Assembly (NCBI GenBank): GCA_951406725.2
Contig: OX597819.1
Location: 94,798,001 to 94,862,000, forward strand
Source: Octopus vulgaris
Lineage: Eukaryota
DNA length: 64,000 nucleotides
Reading direction: 5' to 3'
This document shows, in pieces, positions 34,563-48,587 of this stretch. Position numbers and translations under genes: made by a program. The notes below the pieces were generated by a model, which saw only the letters and a program-made list of their open reading frames with translations, was not told where the DNA came from and ran no database searches. The first letter of the stretch is position 1; each line of letters begins with the position of its first letter.

Positions 34563-36523
34563 ATATTTACATTAATCTTCAATTCCTTTCCATTCTTGTA
34601 TTTTTTGGTTTTACTCTGTTCAGTTCATTCACTCAAGAATCAGAATGTTACTCAAAAATACCTCATAGTATTTTGTTTAATCTAGTTGACATTATCCTTC
34701 TTCCCTTACAAGATCAATAAAATATGTACCACTTAAAATAATGGGTCAAAGTAACTGGTTAGAACCTCTGAAGGTGATGCCCTAGCATGGCTGCAGCACA
34801 ATGGGTAGGATCAGTGTTTTACACTCCAGTTGCTTCATATCCTCTCCATTCTGTATTTATATTTTACTGTCATATAACTTTAACTGCCTCATATATACAT
34901 TATAGTCTTTTTTTTTTTTTGTCTCTGATCAGAGAAACAATTTGTTAGTGTTGAGTAGCTCAGATTCAACAGACCTGGAAGAATATTTATTGTTTAGTCT
35001 TAGGTTAGAGTGATGCAGCAAATGTTATTCTATTTTTTTCCTCTCTATCTAGGACTACTATGTGTACTTTTTCTTAAATGGTAGGGTATAATTTGAGGAA
35101 ATTTGACTGATATTTCTACCACATGAAATGACTACATGAGAGCTTATTCATTGACTACTTTGTTGTTATCATTGGTAACCATCCCCTGAAATGTATCTAA
35201 TTTTGAACACTGGTCACTATGTTGGTTTCACTTGCTTGACCTCCAAATAACAAATTTACTGCTGCTACTACTACTACTACTACTACTACTATATATATAC
35301 ATACATTAATTTAACTAAATAGTTTGACTATATTTTGTTATGTGCTTCTGCAGAGAATCTCATTATGTTCTCAGTCAAATTTACTATTTTGACTTCCTTG
35401 TGTATCACCTGTGCTGCTTTCACATGCTACCAGTCATCTGCATCATTGTCTACCAGTCTATATACTATACTTAACATTACTTTCAGTAGGATTCTGTAGT
35501 ACTTTCTCCATGATTGTGTCTATTTCTTCGAGAGTCTTGTAATTTCCACTTTCTAGTGAATCTGTTTTAATTTGACATTAGTTGATAATTCATTGGAATT
35601 ATCAGGAAAACAAAGTCTAAAAAACAAATATATAAAAGTGCCATAGATTTCTGCATTGATTGGTCCCCAGTTAAGGAGTCATATATTTGTATCCTGTTGC
35701 CAGTATTGAGGCAACACACACACAAACACACACATATCTGCACAATAGGCTTCTATGTGTTTCCATCCACCAAATCTTTACCTTTCATCCTTCTACAATT
35801 GATAACGTAAGTACAAGTCTTTGTTTAGGCCCATCTAACTTGATTAAGCAGACCTATGATTATAGAGAGGTTTTCCTTCTTTGACCATCCCATCTTTCCA
35901 ACGATGACCTTCCAATCTTCAGACATATGTGGCTTCTCAACCACATAGTTTCAGATTTAATATCATGCTATGGCACCTTGGGTAAGCCTTGTCAGTGTAT
36001 TTGGTAGATGGAAACTGAGAGAAGCCTATTGTCTGTGTGTGTGTGTGTGCGCGTGTGTGTGTGTGTGTTACTATTTCCTTTCCTTCTCATGTTCATTGTA
36101 AATGATTGTTGCTGTAATGCAAGAGGTGTCCTTCATTTCCAATATTCTGTGACTGTCTGGTCATGGAAATATTACCTTATTTGGAAACAGGTGAAGGTTG
36201 ACCACAGGAAGAACATCTGGCTGTAGAAAATCTACTTCAACCCATGCAGGCATGGAAAAGTGACTGTTAAAACGATGATGTTGAGAAGTATAGCCCACAC
36301 TTTATTATGCAATGCATCCTTTTTTCAAGATGTCTGGTGTGAATTTATTTAGATCTGGGTGCTGATTGTATGTTATCTCACACCTGTTAAGTACTGAAAT
36401 GGATTCAGTTGATTGTTTCATGCATACCTATGATCAAAGACATCATCTTTTGCTGATTTAAGAAATCATTATTTTATTGTTGAGATCAGAACAAACAAGG
36501 AATATGATTTGTTTGCTATGTAA

Positions 36524-36529
36524 TTTATT
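36524..36529 (-). promoter_or_regulatory. Candidate polyadenylation signal AATAAA of the VWA gene
   Basis: AATAAA on - about 83 nt downstream of the TAG stop at 36612-36614. Confidence 0.5.
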
Positions 36530-36611
36530 TAAGAAAAAGTACAAATACTCAATTGGAAATGCCAATTTTTTTTATGAAACGCATATATTTTAGAAGCTTG
36601 TGTAATTGTTT

Positions 36612-37156
36612 CTAAGAGCATGGACTATCAAGAACCTTTGACACAAGTTGCTCAGACACCTCTGAGACTTCACCAATAACAACATTTGACATGGATCCTG
36701 AAATAAGTTGCAGTTCAGAAACAACAGAATTACTAATGCCATAACCAAATATATTGATGTTATTAGAACGAAGATCCTTAGCTGCTTGCTGAGTCTGAAA
36801 CAAGTCATCTGACATTCCATCAGTAATGAGGACAACTGCTTGACGTTTGTTTGATCCTAATTTCAGAGTTGCCTTAGCCAACATCAAAGCATTTGCAGTG
36901 TTTGTAGAACCAGGAGACTTCTGTATGTTTTGAAGTTGTGCCAATAGGCTTGACTTAGCAGTATGAGTAGTCAGTGAAAACTGCAGGGTAGAGTGAGAAG
37001 CAAATGTTATAAGAGCTACTTTAACTTTGTCCAGTCCACTCAATGATTTTACAAACTCAGAAACAATATTCATCTCCTCTGAAAAATCTTTCTTAGTAGT
37101 ACTGTCTGAAGTGTCGATCAGGAAGACCACATCTGCACTGCCATCCTCACATAACC
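36612..37156 (-). CDS. Terminal exon 6 of secreted 4xVWA protein (VWA4)
   Basis: ttcttactag acceptor, phase 1; LCEDGSADVVFLIDTSDS...GSTNT...LITDG...SPCS*. Confidence 0.9.
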
Positions 37157-38272
37157 CTAGTAAGAAGAATATTATTTTTGCATTAATTTTATAAATAACT
37201 ATATCAATTGTCTTCTGTAAGGAACACAAAGCATAATTTAAAAACAAAATTGTGTTTTTATTATTATGTTTTATTTATTATTAAAAGAGAATCATTAACC
37301 TATTATGATCCATTTTCTAATGAAATACACTGTGCTTTAATTGATTTTGAAAATAATCAAGAATTTGAAATGATTTAGAAAAAATAGTTTTGTTATTATT
37401 AGGCAAGTCTTTGGAATATAAAGCCCTGATAGAAAAATTATGATCGAAAGGTTTTGTATAAATATAGACACTTTAAACAGATTGTGTAGCATTACTAAGC
37501 CAGAGGCCATATGATATAGGAAAAAATAATTTTTTGACTAGGCACAAGGTATTTTCAATTAGAAAAGATGTGTAGATGGTTGAATTAATCACTGTACTAT
37601 TGGTATTGATTATATCAAATTCAGAAGAATCCATGGCAAATCAACCCTAGTTGACTTGGATTTGGAATTCAGCGAGACAAAAATATTTCTGTTAATATAC
37701 TATCAATGATAGGCACAAGGTGATTTTTCTGGCGTAAGATGGATTTTTGATCAAAAGGCATTTACTCTCCTACACTATTTTGTTTTTATCATTTCTCTAC
37801 TCTTGGTAGTTAAAGATTTATGATAACCAAATATTGAATAATGTTAGTGAATTGTTGGTTGTGATTTAACTATTTCTCTAGTCACAGTGTGGAGTATAAA
37901 ATGCTAGACCAATGACCACATGGGCATATTGCTACAAGTAGCCATGAACATCATTCCACTTTTACTTCATTAATGAATTGTTAGTTGCAGGAATCAGTTT
38001 AGGTGCAAAAACAGTTCTCTAACAAAATGTATCCCATTTTTGCTTACATGGAAAGAAGAATATAAAGAATTCAGAAGAGAGAAAAAAACAAGTAAAATGT
38101 TTTGCATTAAGGAGGTCAAACTATAAAACCATTGTAGTAGTAATGGTAATGATATATTTCTGTAGAGTTGAAGTAGTGACAAGTTCTGTACCTATCTAAC
38201 TATGAGTGCAAAGAAATGTATCAAATAAAATGGCAGTTGAGGAAATAGCATATGGAGAAAGTGAACACTTAC

Positions 38273-38857
38273 CAGTTTGATTCTTGGCATCTTTGCAGAT
38301 AATTTTATTTATATTTTCCTCAATTAAATCTAAGGTGTGGTAGTCTGGGACCGTAAAGAAGGTTTTTGCTGATGAAGCAATTGCGTTCAGTTCCGTATGA
38401 TCAGTTGCATTACCCACACCGATAGCATAAACTTGAATTCCAGCGTGCTGCAAGGCTTTGCCAGCATCAATTGTCTTCTTTCTAAACACAGATTGGCCAT
38501 CTGTAATTAATACCACTACATGGTGTGCATTAGCACGAGCACCAGATGTTGTACTAAAACCATTGCTTAAGATGTCTTGCAAGACCAGATGAGTATATGT
38601 GACTCCTTGTATCTGAACAAGATTATTCAAAGCATCTAAAATATCTTTTTTTGTTTTATAAGAATTGAGACGGAAGTTTTGAATAGATTTATCTGCAAAA
38701 GTATACAGTCCGATATGTACATTGCTGTCACTAATGACTAGCTTATTGTATTTTACAAAATCAGCCAAAAATTTCTGCTGCTTTGCAAAATCTGCTGTTG
38801 ATATGCTACTTGAAGAATCTATGGCAAATATCACATCGGTGGGCTGAACTTTGCAAA
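38273..38857 (-). CDS. Exon 5 of secreted 4xVWA protein (VWA3)
   Basis: tttccag acceptor, G|gtaagt donor, 585 nt, phase 1-1; CKVQPTDVIFAIDSSSS...GVTYT...LITDG. Confidence 0.92.
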
Positions 38858-39297
38858 CTGGAAATAAAAATCACAATAGATAAAATATGTAGAAAGTCAT
38901 TAACAGATAGGACAAAAAGTTGTGACATTCATACCTTTTTCAAGAACCTTAGTTACATAAATGCAATGCCTTTAGAAGGCAGTTTTTACCAATTTAGAAT
39001 CATCTGTTGATAGAACTGATACAATGGCTCATACCTTTCTTTAAATAACATTAACAAAGTTTCATAGAAATAAACTTCTTGAAAATGTAAATCTTTTATC
39101 ACAAGTTATGGAAACTCAATTTCACAGGTACACATATATATGTGGCTGCATGTGTTTATGCACTGTATAATTATAAAACTATGACATATACAATAGATTC
39201 TATACACTTCAAACACAAAGGGTGTCACTATGAAGGCACATGGATGCAATCACACACACACATGCACGCGCGCCTGTGTTTGTGTGTGTATATACAT

Positions 39298-40035
39298 ACG
39301 AGGTGGTATCAAAAGTTTCCTGGACTAGTTATGTTTAATAAAAAATAACTTATTTACCTAAGTTTTAACATCATCTCTTTCAAAATAGTCACCTTGTGTA
39401 GCAATACACTGGTCCCACATTCCTGCTACTTTTGAAATCTGGCCTGGAAGTCATTTTCTATAAGGGAACCGAGGATCTTTTGCAATTCGCTTTGGATCTT
39501 GACAATGGTTTAAAATGGCCATCTTTGAATTGTATTTTAATCTTGGGAAAGAGATGGAAGTCCACAAGTGCAAAATCTGGTGAATAGGGCTGGTTCAGAT
39601 GCAATGCCATGTTGTTCTTGGCAAGAATCTCACGAATGAGGGTGCATTGTTGTGAAGAATCCAATTCTTTGTGCTCCACAAATCTGGTTTCTTTTGCCAT
39701 ACACTTCAAAACAATGCAGTAGAACTCTCAATTGATGGTCTGGCTCTGGGAGACAAATTCTCAATGCACAATACTACATTTCCAAGGGTGACACTTGTAG
39801 CAGGTCTTCCAGATCACTCATGGTCTTCCAGGGATGCTATTCTGCTTTTGAAGCACCCATTGCCTTGTTGTCTGTAAGTTTGTCAAACCATGCTCAATGT
39901 CTCTGTAGCAGACTTCCAAAATTTAATGCAAAATTTCATGTTGGCTCTTTGTTCCTGTCCATGATAATATTGCAAACTACAGCATACATGTGATCACAAA
40001 AACACAAATTTTGCAACTTGTGAAGTAAACACAGC
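39298..40035 (-). mobile_element. Mariner relic (3' part)
   Basis: TA plus CGAGGTGGTATCAAAAGTTTCC terminus; PYSPDFALVDFHLFPKIK motif. Confidence 0.7.
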
Positions 40036-40039
40036 AACC

Positions 40040-40667
40040 TTTCATAGTTGTGTCTCCAAGTTTCTCTCCTTGCAGCCTCATTAAATGCAAGTGAGCCATC
40101 ATCCATGTTTTGAGCAATACGTCTTTAAATCTCTATCCACTCGCAGGATCCTTAAGCTTCCAGACCCTTCTTCTCCATGCTGGTCATCTTCTGGGCATCC
40201 ATTTAGCCCTAATCCTGAAGTCGTTAACTACTAATCTATGTTGTGGGGTGCATTCTTCACCTGGGAAGGTTTTGGCATTTATAAGTAGCCATCTTTCCCA
40301 TTTCCTGGTGAGAATGTAATCAATTTGACTAGTGTGTCCACCAGATCAGTAAGTGGATAGGTGACTGGCAGGTTTCCTGAAGTTAGTATTACAAACCATA
40401 AGATCATTTGCATCACAGAAATCCAGCAGTCTGGTTCCTTCCTCATTGTGGGAACCAAAACCATAGCCTCCATGTACGCCATGGAAGCCCTCTGCATGTT
40501 GTCCAGCATGCCCATTGAAGTTGCCAGCCACAAAAAGAAGGTCCCTGTCATTCGTCGATGAGGTAATCTGCAAGAAGGTGTCAAAAAATCAGTCTTTCTG
40601 TTCATCAGGTAGCCCAGCTAAGGGGCATAGGCCGAGATAATGGTTGCTAAATCATGTTGCAGCACTA
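40040..40667 (-). mobile_element. RTE LINE endonuclease-region fragments
   Basis: STNDRDLLFVAGNFNGH...NEEGTRLL...NTNFRKP is homologous to 32300-32850. Confidence 0.9.
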
Positions 40668-41437
40668 CATATATGTATATATATATCTAGTGAGAATTTA
40701 CAAAAAACCAAATGATGAAGACGGGTGTGTAAACAACAAACAGATGTATTGGTTTAACGCTTGGGAAGTGAGAAAGTCTATTACATTTTGAGCCTATGCT
40801 CTTCGACAGAAAGGAACACAGAAATAAACAGGGAGAGAAAATAAGAAAAGGTTTAGTGCCTAGCTGGTAGAGACACTGTATTTCAATATGCAACCATAAT
40901 ATTCTACCAAGTATATTAAAGGCTTATAAGTCATTGCTGTGTCGCACCTGTGTGTTAGCAGTGCGATCACTTTTTAAAGTTATCTCTATAGATTTTCAAT
41001 AGAGGTTAGAGCCAGCACTGGATGTTATGACATTTCATATATGAATACATCTCTGTAAACAATGCAATCACAGATAGAAAAAATATGTAACAGGTGTATA
41101 TGTATATTTCAGGGCTTCTTGCGCCCTCAACACCACATCCAACCCATTAACCATTCACAATCACATTGCTCAAATAAATACTAAATTTAGCTGTGTAACA
41201 CAATTAGATAAACCAATTTTACGTATTAAACACATTCCTGGTAACTGGTATGTACATGTTCATTACTGGTAGGGATACAATGTTTCATATTGCAAGTATA
41301 ATATACCTCTAAGTATATATTAAAGGCTTATAACCAAGTATATTAAAGGCTGTTTTAGCAGTGTGATTCTTGAGACAAAAATCTATCAATTGTAAAATAC
41401 TTTAAATTACAAAAAATATAAATGCATATTTACTTAC

Positions 41438-42016
41438 TTTGTCGGGGAACACAGGTTATTTTTATGATGTGTTTTTCAAGAACTGTCTGTAGACTTTTAT
41501 AATTTTTTACCAAGTGCATCTTTTCATAACTTGATGCTATTTTTTTCAGTTCTGACTCAGTAATAGCGTTTCCCACTCCAATGGCTACTACGTCAATTTT
41601 ATCTTTGTGGAGTGCATAAGCAGCATTAGCTGTCTTGGTGGGGAATATTGACTGTCCATCTGTAATTAACACCACAACACGATGAACACCAGTTCGAGCT
41701 CCATTATTTTTACTATAACCATTCTTGAGAACATCATTTAAAGCTAAATGTGTATTAGTTGATCCGTGAAGTCTTTGGATGTTCTTAATTGCTTTCAACA
41801 GAGATAATTGATTGCTATAGGTTCCAAGACCAATATTCATAACAAATCCAGAAGCAAATGTATAAATTCCAACTTGAGATTCATTGGCACTGATCTTTAC
41901 ATTGACATTTTTCACAATATCAACAACAAAATTGAGCTGAATGTCAAAATCTTTCTGTGAAATGCTATCCGAAGAATCCAAAACAAAAATCACATCAGTT
42001 GGTCGTGTTATGCAAA
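41438..42016 (-). CDS. Exon 4 of secreted 4xVWA protein (VWA2)
   Basis: ttttacag acceptor, A|gtaagt donor, 579 nt, phase 1-1; CITRPTDVIFVLDSSDS...GSTNT...LITDG. Confidence 0.92.
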
Positions 42017-43369
42017 CTGTAAAAATATAAAAATTATTGACTGTGTGATTATTTAGTAAATATTACTATATGTTAAACAGCATTTCCTGTAGCTACAACT
42101 GATATTCTACAGTTCTATATTTAGGAGATGAAGAATTATGTACATTATTTACATTTGACAGATATTTGCCCTCATCTTGTTTGTTGTTAATGCAATGTTT
42201 CGGCTGATATACCCTCTAGCCTACTTCAGGTGTCTTGGGGAAATTTCGAGCCCAGGTTCTCATTCCTAAGGTATTTTTCAATGTTATTATTATATAAACT
42301 TTGGATTGATTTTGTAAATTAAGATCCATTATATTCCATACTAAATTATGTACTATCTCAAATTTCTATTCTTAAACCATGTGCTATATAATCATTATTA
42401 CTTTAGTTTATCAATAGAATTTCAAGAGGTATATTTTTCTGTTGATGGGTTGCAAATAAAAGGAAAAATTATAAATAATTAATATCAGTTGCTATGCCTA
42501 CAAACACTTGAATTTTCTACAGTTGGTGACCCAAACACAATTCAAAAACCCATAAGGTGTTTTCTTCAATTTTGACTTTTATATTCTTTTGCATTGGAAA
42601 CAATTTATGAAATTTGCAAATGTTGCCTGGTAGTGTTATTTTGTATATGTGTAAGTACTAAAGTTCCAGATATGCATTTGTCTGCTACCTTTTTAATAAT
42701 GCCCAATGCACCTACTGTTATAAGGTTTAATCCTGTTTTCTGTCTTTGCATTTTAGCAATCTTTATTTGAGTTTGTTTCTCCATTCTTTTCAGAGAGACA
42801 TTATTACTTGTTGGAACTGATACATCTATTAGTATGAAAGCCATTGAAGAGAAGAAAAATAGAATTTCAGGCACTATTGTTCCTGCCACTTTTATGAATT
42901 TGAATCTTGCTGGGATTAATTTCATCTTTAAACTATCAAGGAGTTGATAAAATAATTATCAGTTAAGATCAGTTTGAAATTACCTTGACTCTAAACGTTT
43001 GTGATTTTGTACCAGAAAACATATTTTACAATTATTATTGCTATTGTTCAAGGTAACAAGCTTGCAGAATCATTTCCATATCAGAGAAAATGTTTAGTGG
43101 CATTTCTGCCAGCTTTTTTATGTTCTGAGTTCAAATGCTTGGCAGCATTTGACCTCTGAAGTTTGCCTTTTATCCTTTCAGGATCAGTAAAATAAAGTAC
43201 CAGCCAGGAATTGGGGTTGATGCAATTGTCATACCCTCTCCCTCAAAACTACTAAGCCTAGAACACCTTTGATTATGGGTCTGCTGGATCAGGGATGACA
43301 TCGGGTCAAGCAACAGTACATATGCTTTATTGGTACTGCTTGACAAGAGAAAAAGAAATATGAACTTAC

Positions 43370-43402
43370 TTTCTGTTGGTTGTGGTGAAGGAGTTGGATC
43401 AA
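43370..43402 (-). CDS. Exon 3: 33-nt Pro/Thr linker microexon (VDPTPSPQPTE)
   Basis: tttttcag acceptor and A|gtaagt donor; symmetric phase 1-1; frame-preserving. Confidence 0.72.
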
Positions 43403-43592
43403 CTGAAAAATAAAATATATCTGATATCAGCATCAATGGTAAAACCTTTCAATCTTTACAGTCATTGTGCCTTATTAAGCATATTATTTATTATATAGAG
43501 GAAGTTCACATGCATACATACACAAAGCACATAAGCAACACTCCCACACAACAATTAAGCAAACACAGCAACAACCACAAAATACTCACTCT

Positions 43593-43642
<50 letters not shown>

Positions 43643-44459
43643 TACACACACACACAAAAGAACCTCCTATACACACATTCAGAATAATAATATACATACA
43701 AATACATTCACTTTCATAACACCTGTCATACACAGAGACACACACAATCACACATAGACAGGCAGAAGGTTGGACAGATGTTTAGACATGCACATGCACG
43801 AGCGCACACACAACACACACACACAATCATCATCTTCGTTATTATTATTATCTTTATTACATCAGTTTTACTGTTTGCATGGTTTGTGCAGGTCGCTTCC
43901 AATATAATGTCACACCATTTGTTGCTTTCCTTTGTCATTTTCTTTGTATGGTTCACCACTGCAGCCCATGTCTTCTCTTCTCTTCCACAGTTTCTTTCCA
44001 CTTGGATCTTTTAGCAATTTTCCCATCATATATCATTCATCACATTACATGTCTGTTTGACATAGTCATCTCTCTTGTATACTACATCAGATTCCTCTTC
44101 TATACAGTTTTTCTCTCAGTTCATTATACCATATCGTTCATGTATTCTTACATTGTACATTCAGTGGAGCATGCTTGCTTCAATGAAGAATATTGTAGGA
44201 GTTTCCATACTTATTAGTTATTGCCTCATCACACTCATTCAAACGTACATATTCATTTGTTGCTTAACAATGGAAATTTGGCATGGAAATTTAAGCACTT
44301 TTTGAGGATAAAATGGTTATTATAAATTTCCTTCTAGTTAAAAGTTCACAGCAAATTCAATGTAAAATGTAGTGTACTGTCAGGTAGGTGTCAATCAGGG
44401 CTTCATTTTCAGTTCCCTCCTGTTTATTATAATACTATAAATCATAACAGTGGAGATTC

Positions 44460-45300
44460 AGATCAGTTGTCAGTAAGACCTTCTGTATACTGATGACTTA
44501 GTCCTCATAGCTGACTCTGTTGAGGAAGACATTCCAAATGTGGAATCAAAACCTAGAATCAAGAGATCTTAAGGTAAACTAACAAAGACAAACGATTTAG
44601 TAAACTAGAGAGACAAATTTCTGCTGCCATTTGTGAAGCAGTCCATGATTAACATTGACGAAAAGTAAGTAGGAATGCCATATTTTGTACACAATGTAAG
44701 CTATATGTGTACAAAAATGCAGTGGGATTATAGCTTGGGTACAAAGGAAATCTGATCGCTTAAAAGAATGTGTTCTGAAAAACAGTGGCCAGAATGAGAA
44801 AAGGGTGGTAAAAGTACCTAGAGCTACCACCTCTACTGCAACAAAAGGATTTTCTCTTTGAGTGTAGCATAGATTATACATTGCTTGTGTTCATAATGAG
44901 ACTATACATTGAATGCAGAGGATGTGCAAAAGCTGGAGAGAAATAAAGCAAACTTGCTCTGCTGAGTGTACAATGTAAATGTGCACAAGAAAAGTGATAT
45001 AGAAGAGAGAAACTTCAGAGAGAACTTGGTAAAGACAAAAGTCTTAGAAAGTAAGAAAAAGACAGAACCTTGTTCCCATCATAGAAATGGCTCAACATGA
45101 GATATGCAGAAAAGGAATTGGCAGAAATTCCATAGTGTGTACCTAATGCGAGCCTTAACTGTACAAATGGTGTATAAGACCACTTGTTGGCTGACAGTGA
45201 ATAAAGGCTGTGAATGTGACAGATATGTTGGAATAGTGAACTCAAATCAAATGTTCTGAATACTCCTTAGATATAGTTGATAGCTTCTATTATCTATATT
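44460..45300 (+). mobile_element. Highly decayed RTE fragments
   Basis: Traces of LYTDDLVL, KFQxW...LESR.LKVN and the Cys-finger region. Confidence 0.55.
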
Positions 45301-46259
45301 ATACTGAAAGAAAAATCTTGGTGTAAGAGGAATCAGATGTAGTGTCCTGAAGAGAAAACTGAGTTGGTATGCTGGTATAGTCACATGATGCTGAACTAAA
45401 TCCAAGACATAATTTTCTGAAGTTGATGATCTGTCTCCTCAGCACGAGAGGATTACTGCTTCTACCACCATCACAGATATAACAACACACAGCAACAACA
45501 AGCCAGCTGTAATTCACTAGTAATACAATGGTGATTTCCTCTAAATTGGCCGGTCTACCTTTTCATCATTCATAGGAAATGCATTTTCACACATATTGCT
45601 AAACATATCAGCATTACTTGAACTGGTAGTGATTGCAAATGAATAATTTTGAATGTTTTGAAAAATGATTGTGCAATACACATTTTTACATTTATTGACA
45701 AAACCCTAGTTTATACTTGGTGACATCTGTTCACATACCATTACATTCCATTTAGAAAGGCTTGCATAATGCATATACACACACACACTCATTAGTATTG
45801 TTACACAAAGTTTAATTTACTTCTGATTTGGTGTTCAATCAAGAAGGAATGGATGAATAAGTGTCTTTCCAAAGAGTAGTTTATAAACACTTTTTTGTCC
45901 TGCTGTAGAAAGGTTCAATGCCAGGTATGATATTTCCAACAAAGTATTGCTCCTTTTATACAATGCACCAAGCCACTCGGAGAACTTAGATGACCTTTTG
46001 TATAATGTGAGAGTAGAATACATCTCCAAGAATACAACTTCTTTGCTCCATTTAATAGATCAATGTGTGATAGCTAATTGAGAACTTTCAAGTGACTTAT
46101 GAAAGCAAATGACAAGGGGTATGAGCCTATGGTTAAAGGCTTCTGAAGCATGTCAAAATATTGAATTTTATGGATAACATAATTGAGTCATGGGATGAAA
46201 TCTACATAAAATTTGGAAAGATGTTACAACATTTGCAAATAATGAAGAATTTGAATAGG

Positions 46260-47666
46260 CTATAGAAGATGGAGTGATTGAGTTGTTAGTGTTCTATGGA
46301 GAAAGTTCGTACTGAACAGATTGGTTGGGTTTTTTGCTACAAAATCTTTTGCTCTACAGGTTTTTCCCTGAAATGTGATATCACTCCACATTTTGCCTAC
46401 AAAGTGTAGCTTTTCACCAGTTATGCCCCATGCAATTTTTGATGTTTTTCTCAACGTAGTTTTCCTAATTCTTATCCACATGTTGGTATTAAAAATAGAG
46501 ATGATGCTACCAGTATCTAGTTGTAATTTAATATTCACTTCATTTCCTTTTACATGTGCAAATTTCCTCTTTTTGGTGCCGCTTCTACTTTCTGTTGAGA
46601 AAACTTTAGAATTTTTTTGTCTGGCCTTCCTAACTTAGCTCTGCAATATGTCTTACTTTTTGGCAACTGTAACATTTTTGCATTTTGAAAGGACAATTCT
46701 TCCTGAAATGTAGGGCTCTACATCCATAGCATGGGTTTGGTCTTAACATTTTTTTTGTTTATACATTCCAGGTCAGCATGCTTGTAACTGTGAGAACCCC
46801 TCTTCAATTTTCTTTACATCCTGATGTAAGTTTACCATATTTTGAGACTCCTCTGCAATTGTCTTCAGGGTTAAACTTTGGTCCAGTTGTTCAAGTTTCA
46901 TGAGATTTCTTGCATGTATCTCCACATCTTTGTTTGCCATAATCCCTTGTACAAAAATCAGGCAACTAAACTTATCAGGAGTTAGTTCCTTCAGTGTAAA
47001 TATTTTGCACATTCGGTTTATGGTCCCAGCATACATGACAAAGTTTTCATTCTCTCTTTTAACTAGATTCCAACTCTCCCATCGAGTGTTAAATAGGGAA
47101 ACGTTATACCCTCCTCTGGGTAATAACTGATTTTTGTTATAGAGTTTGATATGCCATCTGGTGAAAATGAACTTATAGTGTTTCTAAACTTCTTAAGACA
47201 CAACTCCATTAACTGTTGTTGTTTTCTTGTTGCTATAGTTGTTGTTTCTGCAACTCCTGTTGCTTTTCTTGCTGATGTTTTTGCAACTGTATTAAAGAAG
47301 CTAATAAGTCTCACATCATGAACAACTTTGTACCACAAAACTTTGATAACTGACCTGTGTGAGCTTTGAATCCTTGTTGTCCATTATTGTAGTATCGCCA
47401 CTATTTGTGATATATTCGTTTACACTGTAAGTGTGTAGTAACAATAACATATAACAAAGTAGGGTAACAACAACGTATCAATCTAAAAAAACTCTCCTCA
47501 AACTATACACAAACCAACAAATGATATTCCAACAATCTACCAAAACAACACCTTACAACTTCCTGTGATCAATGCCTACTCTCTCTGTCACATTCAGACT
47601 GCTACTATTTATAGCAATTCAGTCAAGTCTATTCTCACAAGGGGTGTCATAACTCTCACCACAACA
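46260..47666 (-). mobile_element. Ty3/Gypsy LTR retrotransposon relic: 5' LTR (47388-47666), PBS-like site, gag, protease
   Basis: TG...CA LTR; PBS-like TGGACAACAAGGAT; gag homologous to 63330-63950 with PCYGC knuckle; protease LQLDTGS. Confidence 0.8.
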
Positions 47667-47669
47667 TAG

Positions 47670-48110
47670 TGTAAAGGAGCTCTCAAGAGCAGCCAATCTT
47701 AAATTCTTCTGTTATGGCCTGGAGGACAATGATAAACAAGAGGGGATTGAGAACCAATCCTTGGTGAACTCCTACTTTAACATAAATTCATTGTTATACT
47801 CATTGCTGACCTTCACCTTACTGGCAACATCCTTGTACATGGCTTATACAGCTCTCACTAACTATTCATCTATCCCTAGCTTCCACATTGACCACTAGAT
47901 GAGGGAGTGTGGATACTATCAAGGGCTTTCTCTAGGTCTACAAAAGCCAAGTACAGAGATTTATTCTTGGTTAAATGCTTCTCCTGCAGTTGCCTTACCA
48001 GGAAGATAGCATCAGTGGTACAAAACCTCTGGCACAAAACCAAACTGCGTCTCATCCAGGCTAACTCTCTTCTTAATTTCATGACTTAGTCCAACAATTT
48101 GATATCTATG
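47670..48110 (-). mobile_element. RTE LINE RT fragment
   Basis: TTDAIFLVRQLQEKHL...LYLAFVDLEKALD. Confidence 0.85.
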
Positions 48111-48587
48111 TATGTTTAGAAATTGTTTTCATGCATAAAAGTTGTCATTTTACTTGATTTTATTGTTGTTATTTCTGAAAAATTCCATTGGGATGCATTA
48201 TAACTTTATAACATGAAAATCAAAGGGAAAATTCAATTCATGTTCTTGGTTGCATGTGTTGCAGCAAGTTTAGAAATGCATTATTTTTGTAACATGATGG
48301 TTTCTGTATTTATATGCTTTTGGAATTAAGTATACAGTTAAGGCCATATATTGATCCAATGAGTGGGATTGCAAATGGATGTTAAGTTTGATTTTAACAT
48401 GGCAAAATATCATTCACTGTTTTTAAAATGAATGAATATTTTATATTCTAAATCATAGGGGATCACACTTGATAATACTGTTGTAGCTGGAACACAGATT
48501 GTCAACAATACTTCATGCATAATGACCAGGGCTATGAAACAAAAAAAGAAAAAAACAATGATAACAAATTTAAAATATAGCACTTAC

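Noticed and set aside
29255-34580. Target-site duplication for the full-length RTE
   Set aside because: Only a short AT-rich match (AAATATTT) was found, and it is not adjacent to the tail.
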